Assembly (NCBI GenBank): GCA_030390025.1
Contig: CM059432.1
Coordinates: forward strand, 87,298,001 to 87,362,000
Length of the DNA: 64,000 bases
Source of the DNA: Squalus acanthias
Taxonomy: Eukaryota
Direction: 5' to 3'
A model generated the notes under the pieces. It was not told the DNA's origin, did no database searches, and worked only from the letters and a program-made list of their open reading frames with translations. Below, in pieces: positions 13,330 through 27,975 of this stretch. A program made the translations under genes and the position numbers. Numbering within the stretch: position 1 is the first letter of the stretch; each line of letters opens with the position of its first letter.

Positions 13330-14970
13330 GGTACAAGTTTCGTAGGAGACTCAGTCTCCTTATGAAAACTGCCATTTAAGTGTGAACACAACACAAGTTA
13401 AATACGTTGGAAGGCGGCCCAAATCATAACATTTGTCGTTATGACATTCCGTTGCCTCCTATTATAAGACAAACATTATAATCAGTTTTATTTTAATGAC
13501 TTGACGCTTCCACCAAAATATACCTACAGCACAAGAGATATGCAGCTGTAATAAGTGCTCCTACAATGGAAAATGAAAACATCAAAGAGTCGTTCTAGCT
13601 CATCCTTGGAAGTTACCAGCTTAGTGGCAAATGCTGACAAACTAATAAATTTTGAAGATGTGAATGCTTGTACTGAAAAAGATCAAGAAGCGTGGTGAGA
13701 TGTCATTGTGAAAACTGGCAGACAGAGTGAACAGTAATGGATGGTTGCTTTAGGAAAAGAGGGGTTAAAATGGATAGCGCTGGCCTACTGACATGAACTG
13801 AGCACAAGGAACGATCCTTACGCTGGAACAGATAGGCCCATGGCACACTCGATATTGGGCCTCAGGCCTTACTAAAATTAGACCGACGTTGTAGACACCT
13901 GCTGTGTGTCCCCAGGCAGCATGCCAATGAACCGGAGTCAAATTTTAGGTCACTGCGTCGCTGGCAGTGGCCCTCGGGTAGGTCCTGAGAGGAGAGCTGC
14001 GGGGGGGGCGGAGTGGTGGAGTAAGGCAATCGGTAGTGGGCCGAACGGAGGCCGGCAATAGTTATTTTTTTTTAAACTTACCTTTTAGGCAGTGGTCTCC
14101 AGCAGTCCCTTTAAGGACCACTGGATCGGCCGCATGTAGACTTGATTATCCTGAACTCAGCTGGCCTGATGACGGCAGAGTTCAGGGCAGCCCAATTTTG
14201 GAAAGGGGTCCTGAATTAAGATGCTAGGCCCACTATTTGCATTTGCTAACGCCTGGAGGCCTATACTTCAGCATGTACCAACATGGCTGACGGCACATTT
14301 CAACCATGAAATGTGCGGCGCGTGCTGCCTGTTGTATTGCATGCTTAGGTTTCCGTTTTACACCTGTAAAATGGACACACGCCAACGATTTCTAGGCCAA
14401 TGTCTTTAGCTCTCGAATCCATTACAAGTAGCTTGATGAGAATGAAGTAAAAAAAATTCAAGATACTCCTAATCAGCAAAGAACAGCATAGCTCAACTAG
14501 CAAAACAACAATATAGTCACGACAAAGAATGCGTACTACATGCTTTTATGAAATTAAACCCAGTACAAGCTTAGAAGAATGCAAAAGGGTTGATAGGATG
14601 TCAAAGCAAAGAAAATCCAATTTTATGCAAGCACAATTAAAAGAATTTATATGACTCACTAAAAGCAGTCTACACCTCATCATCTGAGGAATCGCTGTAT
14701 TAAAGAGCTAAGATAATAACCAACTTATCACAGAGAAAGACACCATAGACTTAGAGGATCTAAAACCCGAGGAGGAACCTGACCATCTACCAAAATGTGG
14801 TGAGACACTTCAAGCCATTAAGCAGATAAAGATTGAAAAAAACTCCTAGTTGTTGAAACCCCAGATACACAAATGTGCGGGTTACACTTTACCAACCACT
14901 CACATAAATTGCTACAAATCATCTAGAAGAAAGAAATCATATCACAGCATCTGCAGGAAGCTCTAGTAAC
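13330..14970 (+). mobile_element. Very old RTE-like LINE remnant, interrupted by a GC-rich TIR-type insertion (about 13761-14398)
   Basis: Scattered remnants resembling ISA.APT, EIQFYA..KEF...LKAVY and AIKQIK; heavily decayed. Confidence 0.35.
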
Positions 14971-15620
14971 ATCAGAGAAGTAATCTTCACTGCTCCCTTA
15001 TTGCTCACACCCTTATTTATACCTGTGTTGCTCTGACATTTGGAAAAATTTAGAGATTCCCATGTGTGCATCCAGTGTACCCACTGACCAACAAATCTAC
15101 CACCCAGTCATGCTAATGGATGGGTAAAAATTACAGCTTTATTGTGCTTTATGATGTAAAGTGTCCATTAGATTGCAAGGAGCTGTAGACTCCAATTGGG
15201 GGGGCGATGTTAACCTAACCCGTCTGTCGGGAAACGGCGGGATCGGGCGGTTTTACAGCCCGCCCGATTTTACTCTTTATTAAAGTCAATGGGGAGTGAT
15301 ATTGGGTGGGTGGTAAAGTCGGCGTTCCACCCGATCCCATGGGTTTTCCAGCCAGCTGGTTATGTTAAAATTAACCCCCACCCTCACCCCCCCTCCACCC
15401 AAAGTGTTAGATTGGAGTCAACAAAGCAAAAACATGATTCCATTGCGGCAGCAATGCTTTGGGTGGATCTCAGCAGATCGGAGCGGTTTTGGATCCAGCA
15501 GGTGCTGTACGTGTATCATGGTAGAAAAGAGACATAAAGTTACTCAATGTAGTTATCATGGATCTAGGATCCATTCTGTTTCAAATTATATAAATTCTAC
15601 ATTACACTTTTGCATATAAA

Positions 15621-16927
15621 GGCTGGAATTTTAATCTGGAGGCAGGTCGGGAGCGGAGGGGGCTAGGAATCGGTCGGGAAACCCGGGACAACGGGTTTCC
15701 CGCAGGCCCTGCATTTGCATTTCAAAGGTCTGTTTCCCACCTGCAGCCAACCAGATAGAGAGGCTGGCTGACTGAGGGTGGTAGGCCTGTGGCACTAGGC
15801 CACAGAAAGGACAGAGGGAAGGATCGGGTGGGGGCCGGAGGAGGATCGGGGAGGTGGAGGGTTGGGGGGGGGGGGGGGGGAAGCAACAATCGGGGCCGGA
15901 GGGGCAGGGAGGGAGAGAGAGAAGCAACGATCGGGGCTGTAGAATTGGAGGGAGGGGGAGTGAGAAAGAGAGAAACATAGAATCTAGGAGCAGGAGTAGG
16001 CCATTCGGCCCGTCGAGCCTGCTCCACCATTCAATACGATCATGGCTGATCATCCAAATCCAGTACCCTGTCCCCTGCTTTAATCCCCACAGTACACATA
16101 TCCCACCCTACCCCTGTAACCCCACGTATTTAATTCCCCCTAACATATCCCATCCTATCCCCATAACCCCACATATTTAATCCCCCCTAACACTAAGGGT
16201 CAATTTATCATAGCCAAATCAACCTAACCCGCACATTTTTGGACTGTGGGAGGAAACCGGAGCACCCGGAGGAAACCCACGCAGACACGGGGAGAATGTG
16301 CAAACTCCACACAGACAGTCACCCGAGGTCAGATTTGAACCCGGGTCCCTGGCGCTGTGAAGCACCAGTGCTAACCACTATGCCACCGTGTTGCCCGAGG
16401 CATCAATTGAGGCCGGAGGAGGTTGGCGGGGGGCGGAAAGAGAGGAACTGGGCCGGCCTGAGGATCACCAGTGGGGGGGTATGCATCTGGGCTTGTGGAT
16501 CATCAGTGGCAGGAGGAGTCCGGGAAGGCAATTGAAGACATCGTTGGGGGGTGGGGGGGGGGGGGGGGGGTGCGGTGAGGCAGGGACGCTGAATCCAGGA
16601 GTTAAGTGTAAAGGCACTTACCTCCTAGATCTAGCAGTCCACTTCTTACTTTAGCTGGCGGCTTCCCCGAGGCTTGCAAAACCCGACCAGCCAGAGTTAA
16701 ATTTGAAATGTTGGTTAAATCTGAGGCACGCCAGTCTCATTATAATATTTAAATGGGTGACCCACCTCCTGGGAGCTGGTTGGCTGCCCGCCCCCTGTTG
16801 CGCTTCCGTTAAAACCGGAAGTGGGTGGGTTGGAGGTGGGTTCAGGTCGGGATTCAGTTTTTTTACACTTTATCCTCCCTCCCACCCGACCCCAACCCAC
16901 CCGTTGTGTGGGGTTAAAATTCCCCCC
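15621..16927. mobile_element. Harbinger-type non-autonomous element hosting an HE1 SINE
   Basis: TIRs GGCTGGAATTTTAA / TTAAAATTCCCCCC, flanked by AAA on both sides. Confidence 0.6.
15971..16396 (-). mobile_element. HE1-like V-SINE, second copy
   Basis: Near-identical reverse complement of 3505-3930. Confidence 0.88.
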
Positions 16928-17039
16928 AAAGTTTCTGGATTGTATCGCGCCTCCTTATGTCAGATAAATGGACAGACAACAGACATATTCTGGTGCATTT
17001 TAAATTAGCTGGCGTTAAAAATGGAAACACCCTATCCTC

Positions 17040-18096
17040 ACGAGACTACCAGCTGATGACAGAGGTCGATCTATCTGAAAGAAAGCAGGCCAGCTGGTTT
17101 GATCCTTGTAAACTACCACCCCATCTCCAAACTCCTTTTCCTCTCCAAATTCCTTGAACGTGCTGTCGCCACCAAAATCCATGACCATCTTTCACACATC
17201 TCTACATTTCTGCCTCTGCCACAGCACTGGAACAGCCCAAATCAAAGTCACAAATGACTGAGACTAATGTATTTTCCCTCCTTGACCTATCTGCAGCCTT
17301 TGACATGGTCTACTACACCATCCAATGCCTCGTAGCTGGAGCATCTCCAGCAATGGCTTCTCCTCCTGCCCATTACCTCTAGAGTCCCCAAGGATCTATC
17401 CTTGGTCCCCTCTTCTTCCTCAACTACATGCTGCCCCTTGGCGGCATCAACCAAATAGATGCTCCAATGTAAGCTGACGACACCCAGCTCTAACCCTCCA
17501 CCACCCTGCTCATCCTCTTTATTGTCACTGTACTGCCAAATCACTTTTCCAGCATCCGGTCTTGGATGAGCCATAGTTTCCTACAGTTAAACTTTAGGAA
17601 GACCGAAGCCATTGTCTTTGGCCCCGCCACAAACTCCATATCCCTCCCCGACCACAGTCTCAGGTAGAACCAGACTGTTCACAACCTTGCCGACCTATTC
17701 GACCCCAAGCTGAGCACCCAGCCCCATATCCTCTCTATCACAAAGACCTACTTCAACCTTCTGAATATTACCTGCCTCCACTCCTACCTCAGCACATCTG
17801 CTGCTGAAACGCTTATCCACATCTTTGTCGCCCCTAGACTTCATTGACAGCCATGCCTTCAGCCTCCTAGGTCCCACACTTTGGAATTCCCTCCCTAAAT
17901 CCCCTCTGTCTCTCCACCTCCCTCTCCTTTTTTAAGACCCTCATTAAAACCCACGTTTTTGACCAAGCTTTTCATCAGCCCTCCTCAGATCTCCTTCTTT
18001 GGCTTGGTGTCTATTTTTGTTTGATTATGCCTCTGTGAAGTGCCTTAGGACGTTTTGCTATGTTAAAGGCACTATATAAGTGTGAGTTGTTGTTGG
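17040..18096 (+). mobile_element. L2-clade LINE fragment (old, internally deleted)
   Basis: Remnants [30 protein letters not shown]; (GTT)n tail. Confidence 0.75.
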
Positions 18097-21000
18097 TAAC
18101 TAATCAGATAAGGGGAAGCTGTATTTGTATGAAGGGACAGGTAATGCCCTTTGCCAGAAATAGCATTTCCTCAACAACAGAAAATATGGGGGTGAAATTC
18201 TCCTACTTGCCCGCCGTAATTTTGGCAGAAGATCTGCGGACACCCTAGAAAACATTGTAAACGGACGATACCATCTGGTTCTTATTTTGATTCACAGTTC
18301 TGTGTCCAGAGGCAGCTCAGCCTGCTGATAATTTCTTTGCTTCACATGACACAACTGTTGAGCTCCACTTAGCAGTGGTGAGCCAGAACTCTTAAGTGGC
18401 TGGAAGCCCATCTATGGCAATATAACTTCGCTTAAAGGACTCTGGAGAAAAAAAGGATTAAGTATCGCTAAAGGTGATTTGTGATGTTAAACTTAGAAAA
18501 CAGTTTAATGCGCCAGTACAAGTTAAGAAATGTATTGTTATCTAATCTGCCAATGTATTCTTGGTTCTGTATAATTTTATTTCTCTCAATAACTTTAAAT
18601 TAGTAGTTTTAGCTCAAGTTACATGGTGTATCAATGTGGTGCTTTTCTGTTGACTTGGAGATATCAGGAGTATAAATTGGGTTGACGAATTATTTTCAAT
18701 GCATGACGCATTTGTATAAGGCCTCATTGTAACACGCTAACTAGAATTTTGCATATGAGGCCCAACATGGCCTGTGGAAGCTGGTTTTTGCAGAGTATTT
18801 AGTAGCCTGAATTATAACAGCAACAGTTGATAGTCTTTGTATTAACATTTTAAAATCTTAATTACCAATATTTTCAATAGTTTGCCTGATTGAGAATGAA
18901 TCAATTGTTGTGCTGTTTTATCAATGGTAATAGGGACCTTTTGTTAATTCACATCCACATAAACAAGAACAATTAAATATTTCAAGTATGTAATTTAAGA
19001 ATTTATTTTTGCTGACAACCATTTCTAATCATTTCTCTTGGTGTCTGCTAATACAATCAGAATCCATTTTCAAACTGAAATTTTCCCCAAACAAAACATT
19101 GCTTGCTAAAGCTAGAAAACAAAACACAAGCAGTTAAAAAAATGCCTAGAACGTATACTCTCAACCAAAGAATCCCGTTTCCATGGAAACATTGACTAGA
19201 GATTTTCCAGCAGTGGGTATCATTGCTTGGAAAAAATATTGAAACTAACTAAAACAAAAATGTTCATTTGTTTGAAGGACTGAATTACAAAACAACATAT
19301 GGTGAGAATTTTATGGTGGACCATGGTGATACTGGCTTGAGCCTTCTCAATTTCCTCTCAAACGCCAAAATTAATTGGCTAACACCATGCTGATCTAGAG
19401 TGTGGGAGGAAATATCGAGAAGAAACTTACCACTGAGTTAAAAAGCTGTGTTAAAATTATAATACATTTCTGTTGACTGCAAGCTTCAAAATCTAAACTT
19501 CAACTAATGAATTATTTAGAAATTGTACTTTACTATGACATAAATAGTCATTGATTCCAATTTTTTGAGAATATATACATTACATTAGCAAGAAAATAAA
19601 ATGCAGCAATTGGGCACAACATTCCCAAATACTTCAAATCAATTCAAATTCTGGACAATGTAAAACTCTGATAAGATTAGGGTGTACTCCTAACATAAAA
19701 TGGAGTAGGCTTGTTTTTTTGACAGTCTGAAATCTGTATAGAATCACAGAAAGCAATATTGCAGTCACAAACTTTCATCTACTTCAAGAACACAGCATGT
19801 ACATTATAAACCAGAATTGATTCTTCCTCAGCTACAGCATGACCAGAACACTGAAGCTGTACTCCATACCAAGTCTGCCAACTCGGGCCGTGAATTTCTT
19901 CAGTTTAACAATACAAGTATAGCATTTAAATAACAGTATCCTACATTTTATAGAAGAGAGCACTCTGTGCAATATTTCTACATAGATACCCAATCATGTA
20001 TGTTAGGTACACATTGATTTATTCACTAATAATTGTGTTGCAGTTATGTCCCCATTAAAAGCAATTTATAAATAAATTATATTTTATGATGAACATACAT
20101 TAAAGTTAATTATGACAGATAGGATTTTAATCAGTAGATCTGAAAGATTATAATGTAATACCATGAATATGGACTGAATTTTAATTCATGGATCGCTAAT
20201 GGGTTAATGTAATAACTCACTTACAGGCTGACATTGTTGCCTGGTTGGTGGCATTTTGGATACAAATCAAGATCACTTCTGGAAGACTTTGAAAAGTATA
20301 GAGGACTTTATACATTGGGGGTTCTCACTAAGGGCTTAAAAGTTACCAATACTGTTCATATCATGTACAATAAGTGATTCCCAGCCTTTTAATTTCAATA
20401 CCATAACCACATAAACCCTTACTTAATTTTGCTTTGATGTGATGCAGATTATGTCTTATGTTTGTGAGTGTGTTTAAATGTCATACTCAGTACTCTGTTC
20501 CCAGGTTGGGTATTTTGGTCAATGATGACATGGGTTGATAAGTTAGAAAACTATTTTTAGTTGATGATCTGATTACTCTCAACTACCTCGATAAACTCCA
20601 GCCATTTCCATTAGCAGACGGGTGACAAAACTGTTCATTTGGACATAGACATTAAACTAAGTTCATGATTTTTTTGAAAATCAATGTTAGGTTCACTTTT
20701 TTTTTTAAATGTTTCAGTGCCTGAAGGAACATCATGATTTACAGTGCTCCTTTTGGAAGATATAAAATGAGATGAATTCAGTGTTTATAAGACTTTACTT
20801 TGGCAGCTATACTGTATATTAACATTAACATTCCTTATTAGGAAAAAAAATCAGTGTCTAGACCTACCATAATCTTTTACTTCTCTTATCACCACAAATT
20901 TATATAAATTATGGTTAAAAGACTATCATCCTAATTTTATTTTTTCCTCCAGTTTTCTCTCCTCTCTTACATACTGTAGTATCGTTCCATGGACATCAGC

Positions 21001-23179
21001 CTGCCAGTACAAGATGCAAGTTGCTATTCTCTCTATACAAGCTTAGACAGCGAGTGCCAGCAGGACCAAGCTGACCATACCAATCCTGACTATACCCGAC
21101 ACTGACACATATGCACGTTCCATCACAAATTTCAGGATCGTGATTAGGAATGGGAACCTTCTCTTTTGCTCCCTAACTCAGGAACGCCGAGGTATATTGT
21201 AGCACCCATACTACCAACCTAGCTGTGATTAGCTAACTGACAACAGACCAGAAATCCTATTCTGTACGGTTCAGTACATCACCAGGCAGTGCATTTAATT
21301 GCTGAGCCATCTGGGGCGCCCCGGCCCTAACTATAGATGGGTTGAAAGTTTACTTGTTGTTACAGTCAGGTCTGTTGCCTTGGAGATGGAAATCAAATTG
21401 TGGCCCCAACTATGTTTTTTTAAGCAACAAAATATTTTCACTTGCATATATTCTACTCATATTGTGTATCTTTAGTACAACTAGCATATGTTATAATTTA
21501 GTCACAGGAAGAATTTTCACTGTTAACCACATCTGTTACTTTCTTACAGTGCATATGTCTAAAAATTGCCTTTGTGAAAATGAAATATGAGGATGTAACG
21601 TTTCAAGTAATTACCTAGGAAACTATTTAAAACAATTGCAATCCTATGACCAATCTTGTCATGATGTCTACCGATTATGCTTTTGAAAGTAAGCGTGTAC
21701 AATTTTGGCTTCTTTTTCTGCGATATCCCATTGTAATACCACATGGGAATTCAATATTCCAAGCACTTTCTCTTCTGGAAACATTCCAGCAAAAATTGTG
21801 TTTGTAATAATTATTATACAAATATGAAATGTCCAAATAAGAACTATAACTTTGTCTGCAGGTAAAGCTAATACTGTGGCATCCTAGTCTGGTTAAATCC
21901 ATATGCCATTTTCAGAAGTTGCAGCGACAACTTGTTATATCTATAACACTTCTCACACAGGATGAGCTGTGAAAGTGCCAGTTGCCAGTAGTGGAACTGC
22001 AGGAGCAGGGACAAGGAGCAGCAGTGTGCGTGCAGGAAAGCAAAACTGGAGGGGATTACTCAGGGAAGGTGGGGCAAGACTACAGAGGGACAATATAAAT
22101 GAAATACAATATCATTGAATAAAAAGGGAAAAAAATGCCCACACTCAATTGAGACTATATTTTAGTAACTTTGCAATGGAGCTAGAGAAGGAATAATTTC
22201 ATTAAATGCTTACTTTTCCTTTAAAAAATGTGCACAAAAGTTTTTCTGATGTTTAGAATAGCATCAGTATTCCTTGTAAGCAATCAAAGTAAATACAAAC
22301 AGAAAGTTATGAACATAATTAATACGATCCATTTTGAAGTTATTAATGTTAATGTTCTTTATCTGTTACAATGACCTTTATGCAATCGTGCCGATTATGA
22401 AGTGTACAGAACTTGCCCTCGCGCCCCATATATTGTCAGTACTTCTATTGGAGGCGATTGACCACTAACACACACCCAATCTGTTATCCATCGATTCAGC
22501 TATTGCTATAGAATTTAAGCATCTGCTACAGCATTCGACTACCCTTTCTCGGTTGCTTCAAAATGTACTGATATTTTCTAAAAAGAAATATGACCAGAAC
22601 TCTGTGGAACGACGTGATATTTTAGCTATCTTGGACTCGGTGAACAGCTCAGACAGCACTTTGAACATTTGACAGACCACCGATTTCACGGGGTTGTATC
22701 TGCATACACAGCTGAATTTAAGAAACGATGTTAAAGCATATGCAGTTTGTGCTCCCACGCCATGCTCCCTTGCTGCGGAATAAATACATTTAAGGCTGCA
22801 TTAAAACGTCGAATTTAATCTAGCTTCAACTCTTATCTGTTCGCTTGTGAATTAAAATAAGTAAAGCATAAAATAGCCCCCTCCCCAACCCCAAAGTACT
22901 TTACAGACATCTGGAACAGATAATAAACATGAGCAGATAAAACTGTTCTTAAACAGGTTGCACTGCCCAACTATTTCACCTCAGGTCGCCAAGAAAATAG
23001 CGCGTGGCTACTTCCTTGCACCAATTACAACAACTCTGAAATCTCCCACCCAGCTGAGGAATATTTTGCTTGAATTTTCTCCACTTCAATCCTGCTCTAT
23101 AAATCTGACGGCCTTGACATGTGTGCGTTTTTTTTTTGTTGTTGTTGCCCAGCAGACGATGGTGTGGAAGTTTGCTGTT

Positions 23180-24599
<1,420 letters not shown>

Positions 24600-27369
24600 C
24601 TAAAATTACTTGCAGATGAGGCAGGCACACTGATAGGAAAAGCTAGCAAGGAAGATTGGCACTGACTGCAGAGACTGGCAGAGGCTATAGACTGTGATTA
24701 GAGAGACTGGCAGGCAATTAGGCAGAGAGAGAGAGATTGGCTGGGAGGAGGCCACAGTGCGAGAGAGGCTGGCAAGCTGGTAGGCACAGCTGGTAATGGG
24801 GACCGGATGGGAAAGACTGGCTGGGAGGTAGACACAGCACCGGAGAGGCTGGCAGCACTGGCCGAACCAGAGTCACCACGACCAGTAGCCGCCTTCCTGC
24901 AGACATAATGCGAGAGAGGAGAGAACCAGAAAGAGAACGTGTCACATAAGAGAGCAGGAGAAAAATGGGGGGAAAAACCCAGTAAGAAGCAACAACAGAA
25001 AAAGATGAGACGAAGAGCAACAGAAGTTGAGTGTAAAGAATGAGCGACGAGAAGAACGAGGAAATAGAGATAAAAAATCGAGACTTAAGAGCGGGAACAT
25101 TTGTTTAAAGGTAATATTGAAACACGTGAAATAGAATAAAAACGACGAGGAAGGAACGAGATGAAGAGGAGAAAAAACAATCAAACGGAGCAAAGACAAC
25201 AGCGGTTACAGAATAGAGATAGCAAAAGAGAACGGAAGAGGGTTAATCTCAGATGGATCGACTCGTAAAGGGTATGGGAGGACAGATCCGAAAAACGGAT
25301 GGGATCGTCATTAAGAGAAGTGAAAAAACAGAAACAAATGTTGGAGACAACAAAAAAGGAAAAGGAGGAAGAAAGTGAGAAATCCACGAGAATGGGCACA
25401 GAAATTACGCAACCCAACAGTACCAAAGCGTAAAAAAGTTTTAAAAATCCTGAAGGAACAGCAGCAGAATTAGTTGTATCAATTCCATGTGTCAACGTCA
25501 GAAATGCAAATATTATTGCGCAAGATAATGACTTGGATGGGCTGGGGAATCAAGTCGCTATTCAGTATGCATACAACAGGATGCAACTGCGGTTAGTTTC
25601 ATTAATATCCATTGGTGGTGGAACTCGTTTTCATAAACCGTTGCATCATTCTCCTTTCTACTAACCCCGGGCACTACATCGTTCTTTTCTGAGGAGAGGT
25701 CAACGTTTCCAATATTTGTAATAACTGGTAATAAGTTTACAATTGAACTTTTAACACCAAGTAGTTTGTTTTTATTGGGTGACACTTTATACGTCACGAT
25801 TTACATTTGATTTGGATGGCATCAATAGCAAAATGAAACTGTTTCCCATGTCCTGTTTCGGGTACCAGATAAGCAAATTGCAAACCTTTACACTCAGGTA
25901 CACTCATTAACCATTGATCATATTTGCAATCGGAACTTTACAAATTTAGGAACTTTGTTAAAAGTTGGTTCCCTGCTACTAATATATTAAATAGAAAATT
26001 TTATATTTCCGATCCAAGGTTCAAAGGAAGAAACACCAATTATGATTTTGAAAAACACAAGCTCTGCTGTGATTTTGATCGTGGTTGTGTCTGACACCAG
26101 ATGTTTTTCAAAGGCTGTTAAATACTGTAACTGCAACACGTAATTGGAGAAACGGTGCGTCACGAGGTTCCCAGAATAGAAGGAAGAATAAATATGGTCA
26201 TGGCTTTGCAGCGGTGAGGATTGGAAGGGTCATGTTCGTGGGAGTGCAGAGATTCACGTAGGGGTGGCTGGAAACGAGACTAAAGTGGCATTCACACACA
26301 CACCTACATAGCTGTCCAGGGAGCTGGCAAGCGGAATCAGACAGCAGGGTCAGGGAGGGGCCCAGGTAGATCAGATGACTCCACAAAGATTCGTTCACCT
26401 GCATTTAGAAGACCTTTTCTGAGAAAAAGTAATTATGGAGCAAATATAACTGCAGGGAACGTGGTATACTGTATATCCTGATTATATCAATCACTCGTGT
26501 CGTTAAATTGAGAAAAAAATGGATGCTTGTTACACTTCACTTTAGGTGAGAATTTGACCTGCGTTGGTATGATTTTATCGTATTTTTACAGTAATTAAAT
26601 ATATAACAACGGATATGGGAATGACTGCAAGCCAAAAGTAAACAAAGGCGTTTGGATAACGTCACAAACTGCAGGAACACACTTAAAGTGATTTATAACC
26701 ACGGCTGAACTCCAGGATACTTCCTGCTCCATAACAATATATACTGTGGATTTTATAGGGCGGTTTTATTCAGTTTTGTTTGCTAACAGCTCTCATTTCA
26801 TCGTGTTATTTATATACGACGACCTTCATTGAAATGTGGACAACTTTGATATAATCACTGCAAGTTTTCGGAAGAAATAACTTGCACTTGATTACCAGAA
26901 TATAAATGTGGTCCATATATATTATACAGTACAAACCAAATAATTAGCACCCTGCCAGGCACAACAACCATTTTCTCTACTTTCAATTATATTATGTATA
27001 ACGCTTTATTTTACCATAATTATATGTCCATAAACAGTGTTGTCCACTTTTTCTGGAATGATGCACCATATTTACTGATGGAGGGGGAAATGATCTGGCG
27101 CAGCGCTACATCGATAAACAAATCCCACGAGAATCTACACTTGCCCTGTGCAGTGCAATTTGCTGCCTGAGTATTGGAATTTTGCAAAAAAAGTCCCAGA
27201 AATAGTGGAAAGGCCAGCTTCTGAGCAGATCTGACCGATAACAAGACAGTTGCTGGAACAACTCATTTGCACTACATATTGATCAAAGTTCAAATTGCTC
27301 TAATTGCTGAAATTGTCCTGTATTCTTTGTATACTGGAGGAAGTTACTTGTAAAATGAACTTGCATTTA

Positions 27370-27885
27370 TATAACAACTTGTATTTATATAGTGCCTTTA
27401 ACGTAGTAAAACATCTCAAAGCGCTTCACAGGAGCATATTCAGACAAAAATGAACACCAAGCCAAAGAAGCTGACACCAGGACAGGTGACCAAACGCTTG
27501 GTGAAAGAATTGGTTTTAAGCAGAGTCTTAAAGGAGGAGAGAGGGGCAGCAAGGTGAAAAGGTTTGGGGAGGGAATTCCAGAGCTTAGGGCCTAGACAGC
27601 TGAAGGCACGGCCACCAGTGGGAGGGCAAAGGAAGTGGGGGTGCACAAGAGGCCAGAATTGGAGGAATACAGAGTTCTCGGAGGGTTGTAGGGCTGGAGG
27701 AGGTTACAAAGATAGGGAGAGGTGAGGCCATGCAGGGAATTGAATGCGAGGATAAGAATTTTATAATTGAGGTGTTGGTTGACTGGTAGCCAATGTAGGT
27801 CAAAGAGCACGTGGGTGATGAGTGAATGGGACTTGGTGCGAGTTAGGATATGGGCAGCAGCGTATTGGATGAGCTCAAGTTTATA
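27370..27885 (-). mobile_element. L2 LINE, 3' half (split by a CR1 insertion)
   Basis: DLHWLPVNQHLNYKILIL. The sequence resumes collinearly at about 32557. Confidence 0.85.
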
Positions 27886-27975
27886 GAGTCATAGTCACAG
27901 AGTCATAACAGCACAGAAGGAGGCCATTCGGCCCATCGAGTCCGTGCCGGCTCTTGTAGAGCAATCCAGTCAGTC

